A stretch of DNA of 64,000 bases from Eledone cirrhosa (lineage: Eukaryota): the NCBI GenBank assembly GCA_964016885.1, contig OZ024743.1, forward strand, positions 375,968,001-376,032,000. The letters are read 5' to 3'. This document shows, one piece after another, positions 41,001 to 55,686 of this stretch; positions within the stretch are counted from its first letter, which is position 1; every line of letters starts with the position of its first letter. Under the pieces are notes generated by a model. The model was not told the DNA's origin, made no database searches, and saw nothing but the letters and a program-made list of their open reading frames with translations. A program made the translations under genes and the position numbers.

Positions 41001-41415
41001 CCACCACAACCACTACACCACCACTACCACCACTACCACCACTTCCACCACACCACCACTACCACCACTTCCACCACACCACCACTACCACCACAACCAC
41101 CACAACCACCACAACCACCACACCACCACAACTACCACTACCAACGCCATCACTACCACAACCAAACAACCACTACACCACCACAACCATCACACCACCA
41201 CTACCACCACACGACCATCACAACCACCACACCACCACAACCACCACAACCACCACAACCACCACACCACCACAACCACCACAACCACTACACCACCACT
41301 ACCACCACTACCACCACTACCACCACTTCCACCACACCACCACTACCACCACTTCCACCACACCACCACTACCACCACAACTACCATCACCACCACTACC
41401 ACCACTACCACCACA
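38050..41415. repeat. Complex (CAC/CAA/CTA)-derived tandem array with higher-order duplications
   Basis: Recurring ACCACCACA and ACCACCACTACCAACACCATCA motifs. Confidence 0.95.
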
Positions 41416-41831
41416 TCTAACCTACAAAAACAAACACAGAAAAACATACAAAAACGCAAAAATAACAACAAAAAAAAAAGCAAAAACAAAAAACAAAACA
41501 AAAACAAAAAACAAAAAAATGGGGTCTTCCCACTTTTATACTTACAGAATGGACAATATTTTAAGGGTCATCTCTTGACGAAAGATGATTATTGCTTTGG
41601 CAGGTAATAAAATTAGAATGACTGGCCAATTATTTTTCTTTCATTAGCTCTAGCGTCGCCATTCCTACTACGTGGAGGCAATGAATGAGATTTCATTCAC
41701 TTCCTCAATTCTACATTTGTTTTGTTACCTCTATTAATCTGTCGTTAGATTTCAGAGAAGCCTAACTTGCCACTTTTTACTTGTTTCTGTAGTTGATTAT
41801 GTCACTCTATTGTTTACAGTGTAGACAACAG

Positions 41832-42967
41832 TCACACACAGACACGGGTATAGATTTATACAGACATACATATACACACACAGACACGGGTATAGATTTA
41901 TACAGACATACATATACACACACAGACACGGGTATAGATTTATACAGACATACATATACACACACAGACACGGGTATAGATTTATACAGACATACATAGA
42001 CACACACAGACACGGATATAGATTTATACAGACATACATATACACACACAGACACGGATATAGATTTATACAGACATACATATACACACACAGACACGGA
42101 TATAGATTTATACAGACATACACAGACATAGATTTATACAGACATACATATATACAGACATACAGGCATACATAGACAGACACACATACATAGATTTATA
42201 CAGACAGACATAGACAGAGGCATAGATTTATACAGACATATACAGACATAGATATATATATATATATATATAGAGAGAGACATACATACAGACACAGACA
42301 CAGACATAGATATATACAGACATACACAGACACACAGACTCAGACATAGATACATACAGACATATATAGACATAGACACAGACATAGATTTATACAGACA
42401 TACAGACATACAGACATACAGACATACAGACATACATAGACATACAGACATACAGACATACATAGACACAGACACAGACAGATTTATACAGACATACACA
42501 GACATACATACAGACACAGACATAGATATACACAGACATACACAGACACACAGACACACACATAGATATATACAGACACACATACAGACACAGACACGGA
42601 CAGACAGACACAGACACAGACACAGACATAGATATACACAGACACAGACACAGATACAGACACAGACACGCACAGACATACACAGACACACAGACACAGA
42701 TACACATAGAGACACACAGAGACACACAGGCATAGATATACAGAGACAGACACAGACATAGATATATACAGACACACATACAGACACAGACACACACAGA
42801 CATATATATAGATATATACAGACACACATACAGACAGACACCAACACGGACAGACAGACACAGACACTCAAATACAGATACACACACAGACACACACAGA
42901 CAAATACACACAGACACACAGTCAAACACACACATACAGATACACACAGACATACAGACACACACAT
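41832..42967. repeat. 42-bp minisatellite (ACAGACACGGGTATAGATTTATACAGACATACATATACACAC) degrading into CA/GA-rich repeats
   Basis: About 7 clear units at 41835-42130. Confidence 0.92.
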
Positions 42968-42974
42968 ATGAGTG

Positions 42975-43025
42975 TTGTGTCTATGTTAGAAACCGGCTCT
43001 CTTTCTATTAGTAAAAATGTATAAA
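42975..43025 (+). mobile_element. 3' terminal fragment of RLE LINE family B'
   Basis: TTGTGTCTATGTTAGAAACCG matches the reverse complement of 28887-28907. Confidence 0.6.
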
Positions 43026-43212
43026 ATAATTGTTTCTACTTTTGGCACAAGGCCAGCAAATACCCAGTACATTACTGGTACTTTATTTTATCGAGCCTGT
43101 AAGGATGAAAGGCAAAGTTAGCCTCGGCGGGATTTGAACTCAGACCATAAAGGACTGTAACTCTTTGCTGAAAAAGTATGGCGTCTGACCCTCTACCGAT
43201 ACTGCCAATCCC
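43026..43212 (-). mobile_element. SINE family 1 copy
   Basis: Homology to 9315-9501. Confidence 0.88.
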
Positions 43213-43320
43213 TAATCCATCCATACATACATGCATACATACATACATACATACATACATACATACATACATACATACATACATACATACATACATACAT
43301 ACATACATACATACATACAT

Positions 43321-44478
43321 AAATACTCGATAGACGAAATCCGTGCTATTGATATTAAAATCCGAAAAATCTTAAACAACACCGGAAACTTCTAGATCAA
43401 CAGTGACATAGACCGCCTCTACTTGAAACGTAAGCAGGGAGACAGAGGCCTAACATCAGTCCAAACAGCATTTGAGTGTCGCATCATATCCCTCCGACAA
43501 CATTTATGAACCTCCAAGCGTAGGAGCCCATCTATTGAGCAAGTCTGTCTACACGAGACAGATAAATCATGAGAGTTGGGAAGAAACTCCGTGAAAGATA
43601 CTCCTTGCATGAAAATGAAAAGCTTACACCCAGGGAAACTTCCCAGCAATACCGCAGTGAATACATGGATGAAAAACTGCATGCATATCAGCAAAGAATC
43701 ATGCATGGATATGTTGCCAGGAAGCTCCAGAGTGCGTGTAATATAGATAAGCAAAGTAGTCTATCTCGGACCAACAACCGCTGTATTGGCTCTCACTTTG
43801 AAGGATATGCTTTTGCAATCCAAGAACAGGAAATCAACACAAAATATCTGATTCATAAAAGAGATAGGTATGCAGGCAAAGCACCTAGATATGATAATTG
43901 CAGACTCCGCAGAATTAACATCAAAGACATCACCCTTGTCATAAGTAGCTGTCCAAAGATGTCATCACGGTACTATCTACCTATGAGACATGGTGTAGTG
44001 GCCAAAACACTACACAATGCAATCCATAGAAAAGATAGCCCTGACAATAAATACATTAAAAGTTACAGCAATGTAGAAGACATATACATACATAATATGA
44101 AAGAGTGCTGGTGGAATGTTCCAGACAAAACCTCAGTATTCAAGCATAACAGACCAGATATAATGATATGGGACAAGGAAAAAAACGCATGGAGAGTAGT
44201 GGAAATCAGCTGCCAAGCAGATGTCCATATAATGCTAAAGATTAGCGAAAAGAACATTAATGCTGAACTAATAAGGAATCCGCAGATACTCCACATTCAC
44301 TATGCCTTTAGATTTGTACCTGTAATCGTTGGTGCTCTGGGACATGTTACTAACTGCCTCAGTGCAAACCTTGAGGAGCTGGGCTTCACAGAACCATAAA
44401 GGGCATGACTAGTTAGGAAGTTGCAAATACAGTCCATTAATAGAATTGTATAAATATGTAAAACGTTTCAGAAATACA
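43321..44478 (+). mobile_element. Decayed R4/Dong-like RLE LINE family B' fragment following (CATA)n
   Basis: DEKLHAYQQRIMHGY, SHFEGYAFAIQEQEI, RPDIMIWDKEK..VVEISC; homologous to 29074-29904. Confidence 0.88.
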
Positions 44479-44994
44479 GCAATTCAAATCCCGCCGAAGA
44501 ATCGGCTTCAATAGTAGACTAGTACCATAGTTGTAGACTTCGAAAGGATGAAAAACAAAGTCGATCTCTGCGCGATTTGAACTGAAGGCGCAGGGAGCCG
44601 GAACGGATGCGGGAAGCATTCTTTCCGGCCTTCGAACGACTCGGCCAATTCACTGCCACTGAGGCTTCCATACTGTAGGTAAATAAATAAAACTGTATAA
44701 ATATATAAACAAAAACAAATAAATATATGAAAAGATTAATTACACCCACATTTGACTAAAATTATTTCTTATATTGCGCATAGCCAATGACTTTAATTAA
44801 AGATTTCATGAAAACATTGATTTGAAGATAAAGGAAAAGAAAGAAATTGACAATAGGAATATACATACATACGTACGTGCATACATACGTACGTGCATAC
44901 ATACACACACGTACACACACATATATATAAACAAGAACGAAAGAAAGGGTGAAAAGAAAACGTAACTTTGTACAAACGCTAGACGCGCGCGCGC

Positions 44995-45066
<72 letters not shown>

Positions 45067-45514
45067 GTTTGTATGTGTATATGGCTTTGTCTGCTCAGTA
45101 TGTATACTTCTCCTTCAACCCTTGTAAATTCTTTCTTTTTCTCTCTTCTACTCTCCCCTATCTTGTTTTTTTTCCTTTATATGTTTTCAAACGTGACATC
45201 AAACAAACAAACCAACACATATCGTATATTATATATTAGAGATAAAATAGAACATTCAGTATAAACAATAAATGTTTATGCTGGAACACAATGTGGTGCC
45301 CCAGCTTGGCCGTAGCCCAATGACTGTAACAAGTAAGAATAAAGAATAAAAGAATATCATTGCCAAGTTTTTAATGTAAATATTTCTTTGATTGTTTGTA
45401 AAGCTATTTCCTCTACCCACAAATTCTTGATATTTCAAGTTCTTTCTTTGGAAATTTGTTAGGAACACTTTTCTGTGTTTTCATTATTCCATTAATGAAT
45501 GTGTACTGGAAACA

Positions 45515-46016
45515 GCATGGTTGAATGGTTAAGAAGTTCACTTCACAATCATAAAGTCCCGGGTTCAATCCCACCACGGGGTATCTTGGGTAAGTATCAC
45601 GAAGAGAGATAAATGCCCTGTGAGTGAAATTTGGTAAATAGAAACAATTGGTTTCTTTCATTGAAAGAATGAGAGAAAAATAGAGAGCAAGTGAGAAAGA
45701 AAGATAGAGGAAGAATCTACCCTAGTACTAGATTGGTACTAGACTGGTACTAGACTCGTACTAGACTGGTACTAGACTGGTACTAGACTGGTGTCACGAA
45801 GAGAGTGAAATTTGGTAAACGGAAACTGTTTGGAAGCCCATCGATGGATTTTACCTGTAATTCGAACGGTCGACTTTGTCATACACCGTGTCACACTGAA
45901 TCTCCCTGAGGGCACATGTGTCTGTAGAATGCCCAACCACTTGAATGCTAATTTCACGTGCAGACTGTTCCGTTGATCGAACAACTAGTACACCCATCGT
46001 AGATACCAGCGAAGGT
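45515..46016 (+). mobile_element. Composite SINE-derived repeat with an 11-bp (AGACTGGTACT)n insert
   Basis: tRNA-like head GGTTCAATCCC; the 3' ~365 bp has an inverted homolog at 47731-48062. Confidence 0.6.
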
Positions 46017-46679
46017 CCATTCTGCCCCATTAATGAATTCATAACTGTTTTATTTTTTGTTACAATAATTCCCTTTGAAGGTGTTTTTAATAAATATTAT
46101 TTAGTCACAACCATTTCAATTGACTAAATATGTTTTTTTCCTCTCTTGATATCTGAATAGCAAATTATTGGATTTAGCATTGCTATTGTTATCATGTTTT
46201 TTCCTGTTTACTTAATTGAAAATTCTAGTATAAAATCGGAATTAATTCACTAACTAGATTCACTAGCTCGTGTCCAGATTCTGTTTACGTATTCTCTGCT
46301 TTGAGCATACTAATTAGTATTAATTCATAGCATTTAATCAAGACACAGATATATTATTGGAAAAAAACGAAACAAAACCAAAACGTGTTGAGCTATTGTA
46401 GTAAATCACTGACTTTATTCTCTAAAATATAAGAGTGAATGAAAGAACGAGACAACTTTTCTGTGGTTGATTCGTATTATCGTTAGCCATTAAATATATA
46501 CATATATACATACATGCTTATATACGTACATACATATATGTATATATATATACGTACATACATACATGTATACATGTATACATACATACAGACATTTATA
46601 CATATATACATACATACAAACATAATATACATACATACAAACATATATACATACATATATTAAATACATATACATAAAC

Positions 46680-47303
46680 ATGATGATGGCTGCCCCCTCG
46701 TTATCGAGTATGGCCATTGCACGATATACCATTATTAATAATTATTAATTAATTCTATCGTGCAATGCCTGTGCGTGAAGATATTTTTTAAAGTGAGGAA
46801 AGATTGTGCACTGAGCCAATCCCACTCTCTGAGCGACAGTAGCTATAACCCGAAAAGAAGAAAAGATCAACATCATCGGTAACTACTGAGCCGCAGGTTT
46901 TATATCGGAGTTATCCCAGTTTCCTGAGTTGCCTTCTCCTAGAAGAATGCCCTGACAAAGGCTAGGGGTCCTTCACTCCCAGTGGTTTAACCACGCGATC
47001 GGGTGTCCAGCCCGACTATTTCTATGTCCCCGCGCATATACATACACATGCACCCATGTATATACACATATACATACATATGTACATGTGTATATACATA
47101 TTTACACACTTTTGGATGGCCGTTGACTCTTATGAGTTCTTCCGCCCTTTGTCAGGTCTTGTTTTTTGTCCTGTAGGGTGTCCAAACTCACCCTCCTCAC
47201 CAAGTAAACTTGGTGGGGTTGCCGGTTTAGTCGCCGACGACCCGACCAGGCGACAGGTTGTACTGGGCTACATGTTACCAGTAGCACTCAAGAGTGACCC
47301 GTC
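46680..47303 (-). mobile_element. Family C element (second copy)
   Basis: Reverse complement of 28138-28763; degenerate (CATA)n tail at 46500-46680. Confidence 0.9.
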
Positions 47304-47730
47304 ATATACATACAAACGTACATACACTCATACTTATATATACACATACATAAGTATATGCATACCAACACGAATCCACGACATCAATTATGATGACGTT
47401 GATGATGATGATGAAGATGATGATGAACGTTACAATTGATAGCTCGGGTCGAAAGCAAAAAAAAAAAAAATTAAAAACAAAACAAGAAAAAGAAAAAAGA
47501 AAAAATTTTAAAATGTCAGAAAGATTCTCGAAGGACCGTACTTAGCTATGGTTTTTGCATTATGTTAATAAGCGAGGCGGGGGGATTGATTTCGATCGTA
47601 ATAAGATGTCAATCTCTGCTTCAGAAGACGAATTGTTAGAGTCGTTAGAACGTCTGATAGAACAACTTGCGATATTCGTTCCAGATCTCTGCATCTTGAA
47701 TTTAAATTTCGCAGAGGTAAACTTTCCTTT

Positions 47731-48062
47731 CCTTCGCTGGTGTCGACAATGACAGAACTAGTTTTTTGATCAACAGAAGAATCTGCACGTGAAGTTACAT
47801 TCAAGTGGCTGGGCATTCCACTGACACGTGTGGCCTCAGGGAGATTCCGCGTAACACAGTGTGTGACAAACTTGACCGTTCGAATTACAGGTAAAATCCA
47901 CCCGACGGGCTTCCAAAGTTTCCGTTTACCAAATTTCACTCACGAGGCCTTTATCTTTCTTCGTGATACCAATCTAGTACCAGTCTAGTACCAGTCTAGT
48001 ACTAGGGTAGATTCTTCCTCTATTATTCTTTCTCTTATTCTTTCAATGGAAGAAATCAATTG
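47731..48062 (-). mobile_element. Inverted homolog of 45650-46016
   Basis: Shares GAGGAAGAATCTACCCTAGTACTAGA and the SINE family 2 body. Confidence 0.7.
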
Positions 48063-48224
48063 AATTCATATCTAAATAGGGAGGGGCTCCATCAGGATTA
48101 AACGCCCAACTGTCAACAACAACAGTAACAACAACAACAACAACAATAACTTGTTCTTGAATTTACTATCGATTAATTGCTTGAATAATCCCAAATGACT
48201 TATATGTTTATTAATAATATTGAT

Positions 48225-48415
48225 TTTTGATTTAGGCACAATGCCAACAATTTGGGGGAAGACGAATGTCGATTAAATCGACCTCAGTATGTTACTGGTA
48301 CTTTATTTTATTGACCCCGTAAGGGTGAAAGGCAAAGCTAACAGAATGTAAAGAGCCGTAACTATATGCCACAAAGCATGTTGTCCAACGCTCTACCGAT
48401 TCCGCCAACCCACCC
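48225..48415 (-). mobile_element. Diverged SINE family 1 long variant
   Basis: Homology to 3032-3250. Confidence 0.75.
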
Positions 48416-48921
48416 GATGAGGAAATATAATAAGACGGAAACGTGTCCGTTTCGTTCACCAGTTAGTTGGCTTTAAAGAATCAGATCCACTACAAATTGC
48501 ATTGTCTATACTGTTAAAACATTTCAATCAACTGATCTTATTGGAATTATCTCTCTTGATCACTGCTTTTAGATATTAATCACCCCATAGATGGAGTTGT
48601 GAACTAATTGCTTGAACATTCTCTGTTGAACGAGCTTTTCCAACCACCCTATTAAATATGCAAGACCCTATCGTATTCATTCTTCCAGTTTCATTCATAC
48701 TCGTTGAACTTATAAATTGTCTCCCCTTCTATATATTCAAATTTCTATACATCTTCATCGAAACCTCTAATTCCATAATTATTCGTCTATTTAACATGAT
48801 GTCTAGTTTTATTTTTCGTTTGGTTCTTTTTACAATAATAGGTTTATCGGTTTTTAAGTTTTGTTTTTGGAAGTGATGATAACATACATACATACACATA
48901 TTTATACATACATATATACAT

Positions 48922-48964
<43 letters not shown>

Positions 48965-48989
48965 CATACACACACACATACATATATAT

Positions 48990-49063
<74 letters not shown>

Positions 49064-49789
49064 CTAGAGAGAGTAGAGTGAGAGACAATCAAACAGAGAG
49101 TGATATATATATATACAGAGAGAGAGAGAGAGAGAGAGTGAGTGAGTGAGTGAGTGAGTGAGAGAGGAAGTGGTGTAGGAAGCCACCTATTTATGTATAT
49201 ATCCTATTCTATTTTATTCCATAACGCTACTTTTACAGTTATCTTCTTTCCCCACTCACCTACAGTTCTCCCACCATTCTCGTTAAACAGTGCATCTCTT
49301 TGCAGGTGATCTGATGCAGAACATCACCAACACGATTATTCCATTATAAGCATGGGTCAACTTTGTCAACAACACTTACAACGGCATGCCTCACTAACTT
49401 AATGGCCCTTCGCTCTGGATAAACACCAAAATTAAATTAAATTTCATTTTTTTACTCCATTAACTCGCTTTCAAATATTTATTTGTATTTTGTTACCAAA
49501 AACACAATTATGTGTATTGGAAAACAAATAGTGTGAGAATATTGAATCTATTCAGGAAATCAAAAGGACTTTTTATATAATAAAACAAAAACAACAACAA
49601 CACAGCAACAACAACAAAAACCCACGTTGAATATCAAAAGCAGAAGATACGAAATGGCTACAACAAATATAAAAAATAACGAAAAAACTAGACATAAACT
49701 TATAATATATTCTGTTTGTTTGATGAAGTTGTTGAAGGAGTGGAATTATGGCTGCATATAACTATAGGTTGGTGAGGTCTGAGCTTTTG

Positions 49790-51735
49790 TGTAGCAAATA
49801 ACAGCTCTAGAAGATGTTATTGTGAGGTAGGGTGCAGCTGTAGAAGATGTTATTGTTATTTTGAGGCAAGGTACAGCTGTAGAACATGTAGTAATTGTGA
49901 GGTAAGGTACAGCCCCAGAAGATGTTATAATTGTGAGGTAGGGTACAGCTTCAGAAGTTATTGTTATTGTGAGGTAAGATACAGCTTAGAAGATGCAGTT
50001 ATTGTGAGGTAAGGTACAGCTGTAGAAGATGTAGTTATTGTGAGGTAGGGTACAGCTCCTGAAGTTATTGTTACTGTGAGGTAGGGTACAGCTGTAGAAG
50101 ATGTAGTAATTGTGAGGTAAGGTAGAGCTATAGATGTTGTTGTTATTGTGAGGTAAGGTACAGCTGTAGATGTTATAATTGTGAGGTAGGGTACAGCTTT
50201 AGACGTTATTGTTATTATGAGGTAGGGTACAGTTGTAGAACATGTAGTTATTGTGAGTTAAGGTACAGTTGTAGAACATGTAGTTATTGTGAGGTAGGGT
50301 ACAGCTGTAGAAGATGTTGTTATTGTGAGGTAAGGTACAGCTGTAGAAGATGTTGTTATTGTGAGGTAAGGTACAGCTGTAGAAGATGTTGTTATTGTGA
50401 GGTAGGGTACAGCTGTAGAAGATGTTGTTATTGTGAGGTAAGGTACAGCTGTAGAAGATGTAGTAATTGTGAGGTAAGGTACAGCTGTAGAAGATGTTGT
50501 TATTGTGAGGTAGGGTACAGCTGTAGAAGATGTTGTTATTGTGAGGTAGGGTACAGCTCTAGAAGATGTTATAATTGTGAGGTAGGATACAGCTTCAGAA
50601 GTTATTGTTATTGTGAGGCAAGATACAGCTTAGAAGATGAAGTTATTGTGAGGTAAGGTACATCTCTAGAAGATGTAGTTATTGTGAGGTAGGGTACAGC
50701 TGTAGAAGATGTTATTGTGAGGTAAGGTACCGCTGTAGAAGATGTTATAATTGTGAGGTAGGATACAGCTTCAGAAGTTATTGTTATTGTAAGGTGAGGC
50801 GCAGCTCCAGAAGATGTAGTTATTGTGAGGTAAGGTACAGCTGTAGAAGATGTAGTAATTGTGAGGTAAGGTACAGCTGTAGAAGATGTTATTGTGAGGT
50901 AGGGTACAGCTGTAGAAGATGTTGTTATTGTGAGGTAAGGTACAGCTGTAGAAGATGTAGTAATTGTGAGGTAAGGTACAGCTGTAGAAGATGTAGTAAT
51001 TGTGAGGTAAGGTACAGCTGTAGAAGATGTTGTTATTGTGAGTTAGGGTACAGCTGTAGAAGATGTTGTTATTGTGAGGTAGGGTACAGCTGTAGAAGAT
51101 GTTGTTATTGTGAGGTAGGGTACAGCTGTAGAAGATGTAGTAATTGTGAGGTAGGGTACAGCTGTAGAAGATGTAGTTATTGTGAGGTAAGGTACAGCTG
51201 TAGAAGATGTTATTGTGAGGTAGGGTACAGCTGTAGAAGATGTTGTTATTGTGAGGTAAGGTACAGCTGTAGAAGATGTAGTAATTGTGAGGTAAGGTAC
51301 AGCTGTAGAAGATGTAGTTATTGTGAGGTAAGGTACCGCTGTAGAAGATGTTATAATTGTGAGGTAGGATACAGCTTCAGAAGTTATTGTTATTGTAAGG
51401 TGAGGCGCAGCTCCAGAAGATGTAGTTATTGTGAGGTAAGGTACAGCTGTAGAAGATGTAGTTATTGTGAGGTAAGTTACAACTGTAGAAGATGTTGTTA
51501 TTGTGAGGTAAGGTACAGCTGTAGAAGATGTTATTGTGAGGTAGGGTACAGCTGTAGAAGATGTTATTGTGAGGTAAGGTACCGCTGTAGAAGATGTAGT
51601 TATTGTGAGGTAAGTTACAACTGTAGAAGATGTTGTTATTGTGAGGTAAGTTACAGCTGTAGAGATGTAGATATTGTGAGGTAAGTTACAGCTGTAGAGA
51701 TGTAGATATTGTGAGGTAAGGTTGAGCTGTAGATG
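49790..51735 (+). repeat. 36/33-bp minisatellite (TGTAGAAGATGTAGTTATTGTGAGGTAAGGTACAGC)
   Basis: Roughly 50 tandem units. Confidence 0.95.
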
Positions 51736-51739
51736 TGCC

Positions 51740-52985
51740 TTATGACATAATATCTTCTATAGCTATACTCTGTCACACAATATAAATATCATCTACAACT
51801 ATACTCTGTCATACAGTATCTTCTACAGCTGTACTCTGTCATACAGTATCTTCTACAGCTGTACTCTGTCATTCAATATCTTCTACAGCTGTACTCTGTC
51901 ATACAGTATCTTCTACAGCTGTACTCTGTCATACAATATCTTCTACAGCTGTACTCTGTCATACAATATCTTCTACAGCTGTACTCTGTCATACAATATC
52001 TTCTACAGCTGTACTCTGTCATACAATATCTTCTACAGCTGTACTCTGTCATACAATATCTTCTACAGCTGTACTCTGTCATACAATATCTTCTACAGCT
52101 GTACTCTGTCATACAATATCTTCTACAGCTGTACTCTGTCATTCAATATCTTCTACAGCTGTACTCTGTCATACAATATCTTCTACAGCTGTACTCTGTC
52201 ATACAATATCTTCTACAGCTGTACTCTGTCATACAATATCTTCTACAACTGTACTCTGTCATACAATATCTTCTACAGCTGTACTCTGTCATACAATATC
52301 TTCTACAGCTGTACTCTGTCATTCAATATCTTCTACAGCTGTACTCTGTCATACAATATTTTCTACAGCTGTACTCTGTCATACAATGTCTTCTACAGCT
52401 GTACTCTGCCATACAGTATCTTCTACAGCTGTACTCTGTCATACAATATCTTCTACAGCTGTACTCTGTCATTCAATATCTTCTACAGCTGTACTCTGTC
52501 ATACAATATCTTCTACAGCTGTACTCTGTCATACACTGTCTTCTACAGCTGTACTCTGCCATACAGTATCTTCTACAGCTGTACTCTGTCATTCAATATC
52601 TTCTACAGCTGTACTCTGTCATACAATATCTTCTACAGCTGTACTCTGCCATACAATATCTTCTACAGCTGTACTCTGCCATACAGTATCTTCTACAGCT
52701 GTACTCTGCCATACAATATCTTCTACAGCTGTACTCTGTCATACAATATCTTCTACATCTGTACTCTGTCATTCAATATCTTCTACAGCTGTACTCTGCC
52801 ATACAATATCTTCTACAGCTGTACTCTGCCATACAGTATCTTCTACAGCTGTACTCTGCCATACAATATCTTCTACAGCTGTACTCTGTCATACAATATC
52901 TTCTACAGCTGTACTCTGTCATTCAATATCTTCTACAGCTGTACTCTGCCATACAATATCTTCTACAGCTGTACTCTGCCATACA
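51740..52985 (-). repeat. 30-bp minisatellite (ATACAATATCTTCTACAGCTGTACTCTGTC on +)
   Basis: About 40 highly homogeneous units. Confidence 0.95.
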
Positions 52986-55686
52986 CCTTTACCTTTGTCC
53001 TCCTGCATATGTCTCGCCGACCCCAGAGTCGCCTTTCTAGCTTTCCGAAAGCATCACTTGCTTTCCTAATCCTAAGTGAGATTTCACTGTCAAGGTTGCT
53101 GTATCGATCGACAGTGCTTCCCAGGTACACAAACTGATCAACCACTCCAAGTCGTTTGCCATACACATAGATGTTTGGTTCAGTGTACTGCTTACCAGGG
53201 GCAGGTTGGTACATGACGACGGTTTTCTTGAGACTGACAGTCAGACCTAGGGCAGTGCAAGCGTCAGAAAATGTATTCAAAATGTGCTGCATATCACTCT
53301 CTGTGTGCGCTACAAGATCGCAATCATCTGCATACAAGAGGTCTCTTATGATTGATGTAAATACTTTTGTCTTCGCAGCAAAGCGCCTGATGTTAAATAT
53401 GCTGCCTGAGGTTCGATATCGGATGTAAACACCATGCTCGCAATTCCTGAATGCAATACAGAAAACCATTGCAAAGTATATGGCAAACAGGTTCGATGCT
53501 GGAATATCCCCCTGTTTCACTCCATTTTTTACTGAGATAGGCTCCGACATGTTACCCCCGACATTAACCCAAGCCTTCATGTCGTCATGGAAAGACCTAA
53601 CTAAAGCAAGGAACTTATCAGGGCAACCAAGTTTCTGGAGAATCTTCCATAATGCATCTCTGTTAACAGTATCGAAAGCTTTTGTCAGATCGACAAAAAC
53701 CTGATACAGATCCAAGCCTTGTTCCATGCACTTCTCCTGGAGCTGTCTAGCTGAGAAGATCATATCAGTAGTGCCGCGTCCAGCACGAAAACCAGATTGA
53801 CTTTCAGGAAGAACACAATCTGCAATGTGTGTCAGCAGACGGTCCAGAAGCACTCTACATAAAACTTTCCCTACGACAGAAAGCAATGATATACCTCTGT
53901 AGTTCCCACAATCGTTCCTGTTACCCTTTCCCTTGTACAAGACCACCATTACTGCATCTCTCCAGTCCTCAGGTACGGATTCATTAGCCCATATCCTGCC
54001 AAACAAAGAGTGAAGATGTTGCAGGAGTCTCTCACCACCATATTGTAGGAGCTCAGCATGTATGCCATCCATACCTGGAGATCTTCCACTGTTCAGCTTC
54101 GAAATAGCCACTGCAACCTCCACAAGCGACGGAGGTCCTGCGAGAGCTACTTTCACAGGACTTTCTGGAATGAGATTGAGGAAATCTTCACTGACGACAG
54201 ACGGCTGATTCAAAAGATCATCAAAGTGCTCTCGCCACCTTCGTAGAATTCCCTGTGAGTCACGAAGAAGTTTTTTGCCATCCTTGCTGCGAAGCGGTGT
54301 CACCAGAGAAGAAGACGGCCCATAAACCTCACGCAAGAGACTGTACAACAGCTTTGTGTTATTGGAATCAGACGCAGTTTGTATCTCACCAGCCTTCTCA
54401 CTCCACCACTGATCCTTCATCTGAGAAAGACTCCGCCTAACACGTGATTTTACATCCCTGAGTTCCTCATGCAACGTATTCCTCTCCTGTGGTTTTGCCG
54501 TCAAGTAGCGTGACAGAGCACGCCTCTTATCAGCCAACAAGTCTTCTATATGTACATCATTCTCATCAAACCAGTCCTGATGTTTCCTCTGCGCCAATCC
54601 CAGAACACGCCTGCCTACATCATAAACCGACTTTTTAAGGGTCGGCCAATCCTCACCAAGATCTGCAGCCTGCATATCTTCTTCCAATGTCCTCTTCACA
54701 TTTTTATCCTTAAGACGAGCAGCATTCAATCTTTTGGACAGGGCAACACCAGGAGCCCGGATTTTACGTTTAGTGATTAGTTTCACTTTTGCGCGTAGCA
54801 GGCGGTGGTCTGTCCAGCACTCAGCTCCACGAAGAACACGAACACACTGCACATCCTGTCTGTCACGCATCCTGACTAGGACGTAGTCCAAAAGATGCCA
54901 TTCCTTAGATGCAGGATGCATCCATGTGGTCTTGAATTTGTTCTTTTGTTGGAACATGGTGTTGGTAACACACAGATCCAGCTCCTCACACATCTGCAGC
55001 AGGAGCATACCATTGCTGTTACACTTTCCAACCCCATGCCTTCCGATTACATTCCATGTGTTAAAATCCCTACCCACTCTAGCATTAAAGTCACCAAGCA
55101 CGATGACTTTGACTTTGTCTGCCTGAGGGATATTTCTTAAAACACCTTTCAAGGCATGGTAAAAGGACACCTTTTCCTCATCGACAGAACTCATAGTTGG
55201 AGCATACACACTTCCCTTGTCCAGCGGAACTCTCATGGACATAAGACGCTCACTAATCCCTACTGGGAATTCTTCTAATTTGTTCACAAGCACAGTCTTA
55301 ACAGCAAATCCTACCCCAGCCTCTCTTCTGGTTCCTTCATCTCTTCCTTTCCAGAAGAATGTATATTCTCCACAAAATTCCGTAAGATGACCATCTCCAG
55401 CTAGCCTCGTCTCAGATAAAGCCACGATGTAAAGATCGTAACGTCGAAGCTCCTTTGCAACAAGAGCGGTCCTTCGTTCAGGACGCCCCAAGGAATCCCT
55501 GTCAAGCAGCGTCCGTACGTTCCAGCAGCCAAGACTAAATGCCTTGTTTGGCTCTATTACAATGGCACGATGACAAGCGGGCCCAGGCTGTGATAACCTG
55601 GGGCCCCTGCCCTTATTGCCAATGATCTTTTTTGTTCCAGAACATAAATTGCCAATTATCTCTTTTATATTGTTCTGGAACATCAT
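52963..55686 (-). pseudogene. RTE ORF (APE endonuclease + RT), open frame but C-terminally truncated
   Basis: GCWNVRTL, ALSETR, VYAPT, LGDFNA, LLDYV, WTDH, DLTKAFD, LLYADD; probable start MM at 55686. Confidence 0.9.

Noticed and set aside
38104-41415. Pro/Thr/His-rich mucin- or extensin-like ORFs
   Set aside because: Simple-repeat derived with frequent frame-breaking 8-mers; no signal peptide or exon evidence
48430-49400. Possible decayed LINE endonuclease and 5' region on the minus strand
   Set aside because: Only faint motif resemblance, with many stops; cannot be supported without a search
50794-51684. 296-aa Cys/Arg-rich metallothionein- or keratin-like ORF
   Set aside because: Product of a 36/33-bp minisatellite; no true ATG start, and flanking units carry frameshifts and stops
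51740-52985. CRISPR-like regular repeat with a palindromic core
   Set aside because: No unique spacers, no cas genes, eukaryotic context; pure tandem repeat
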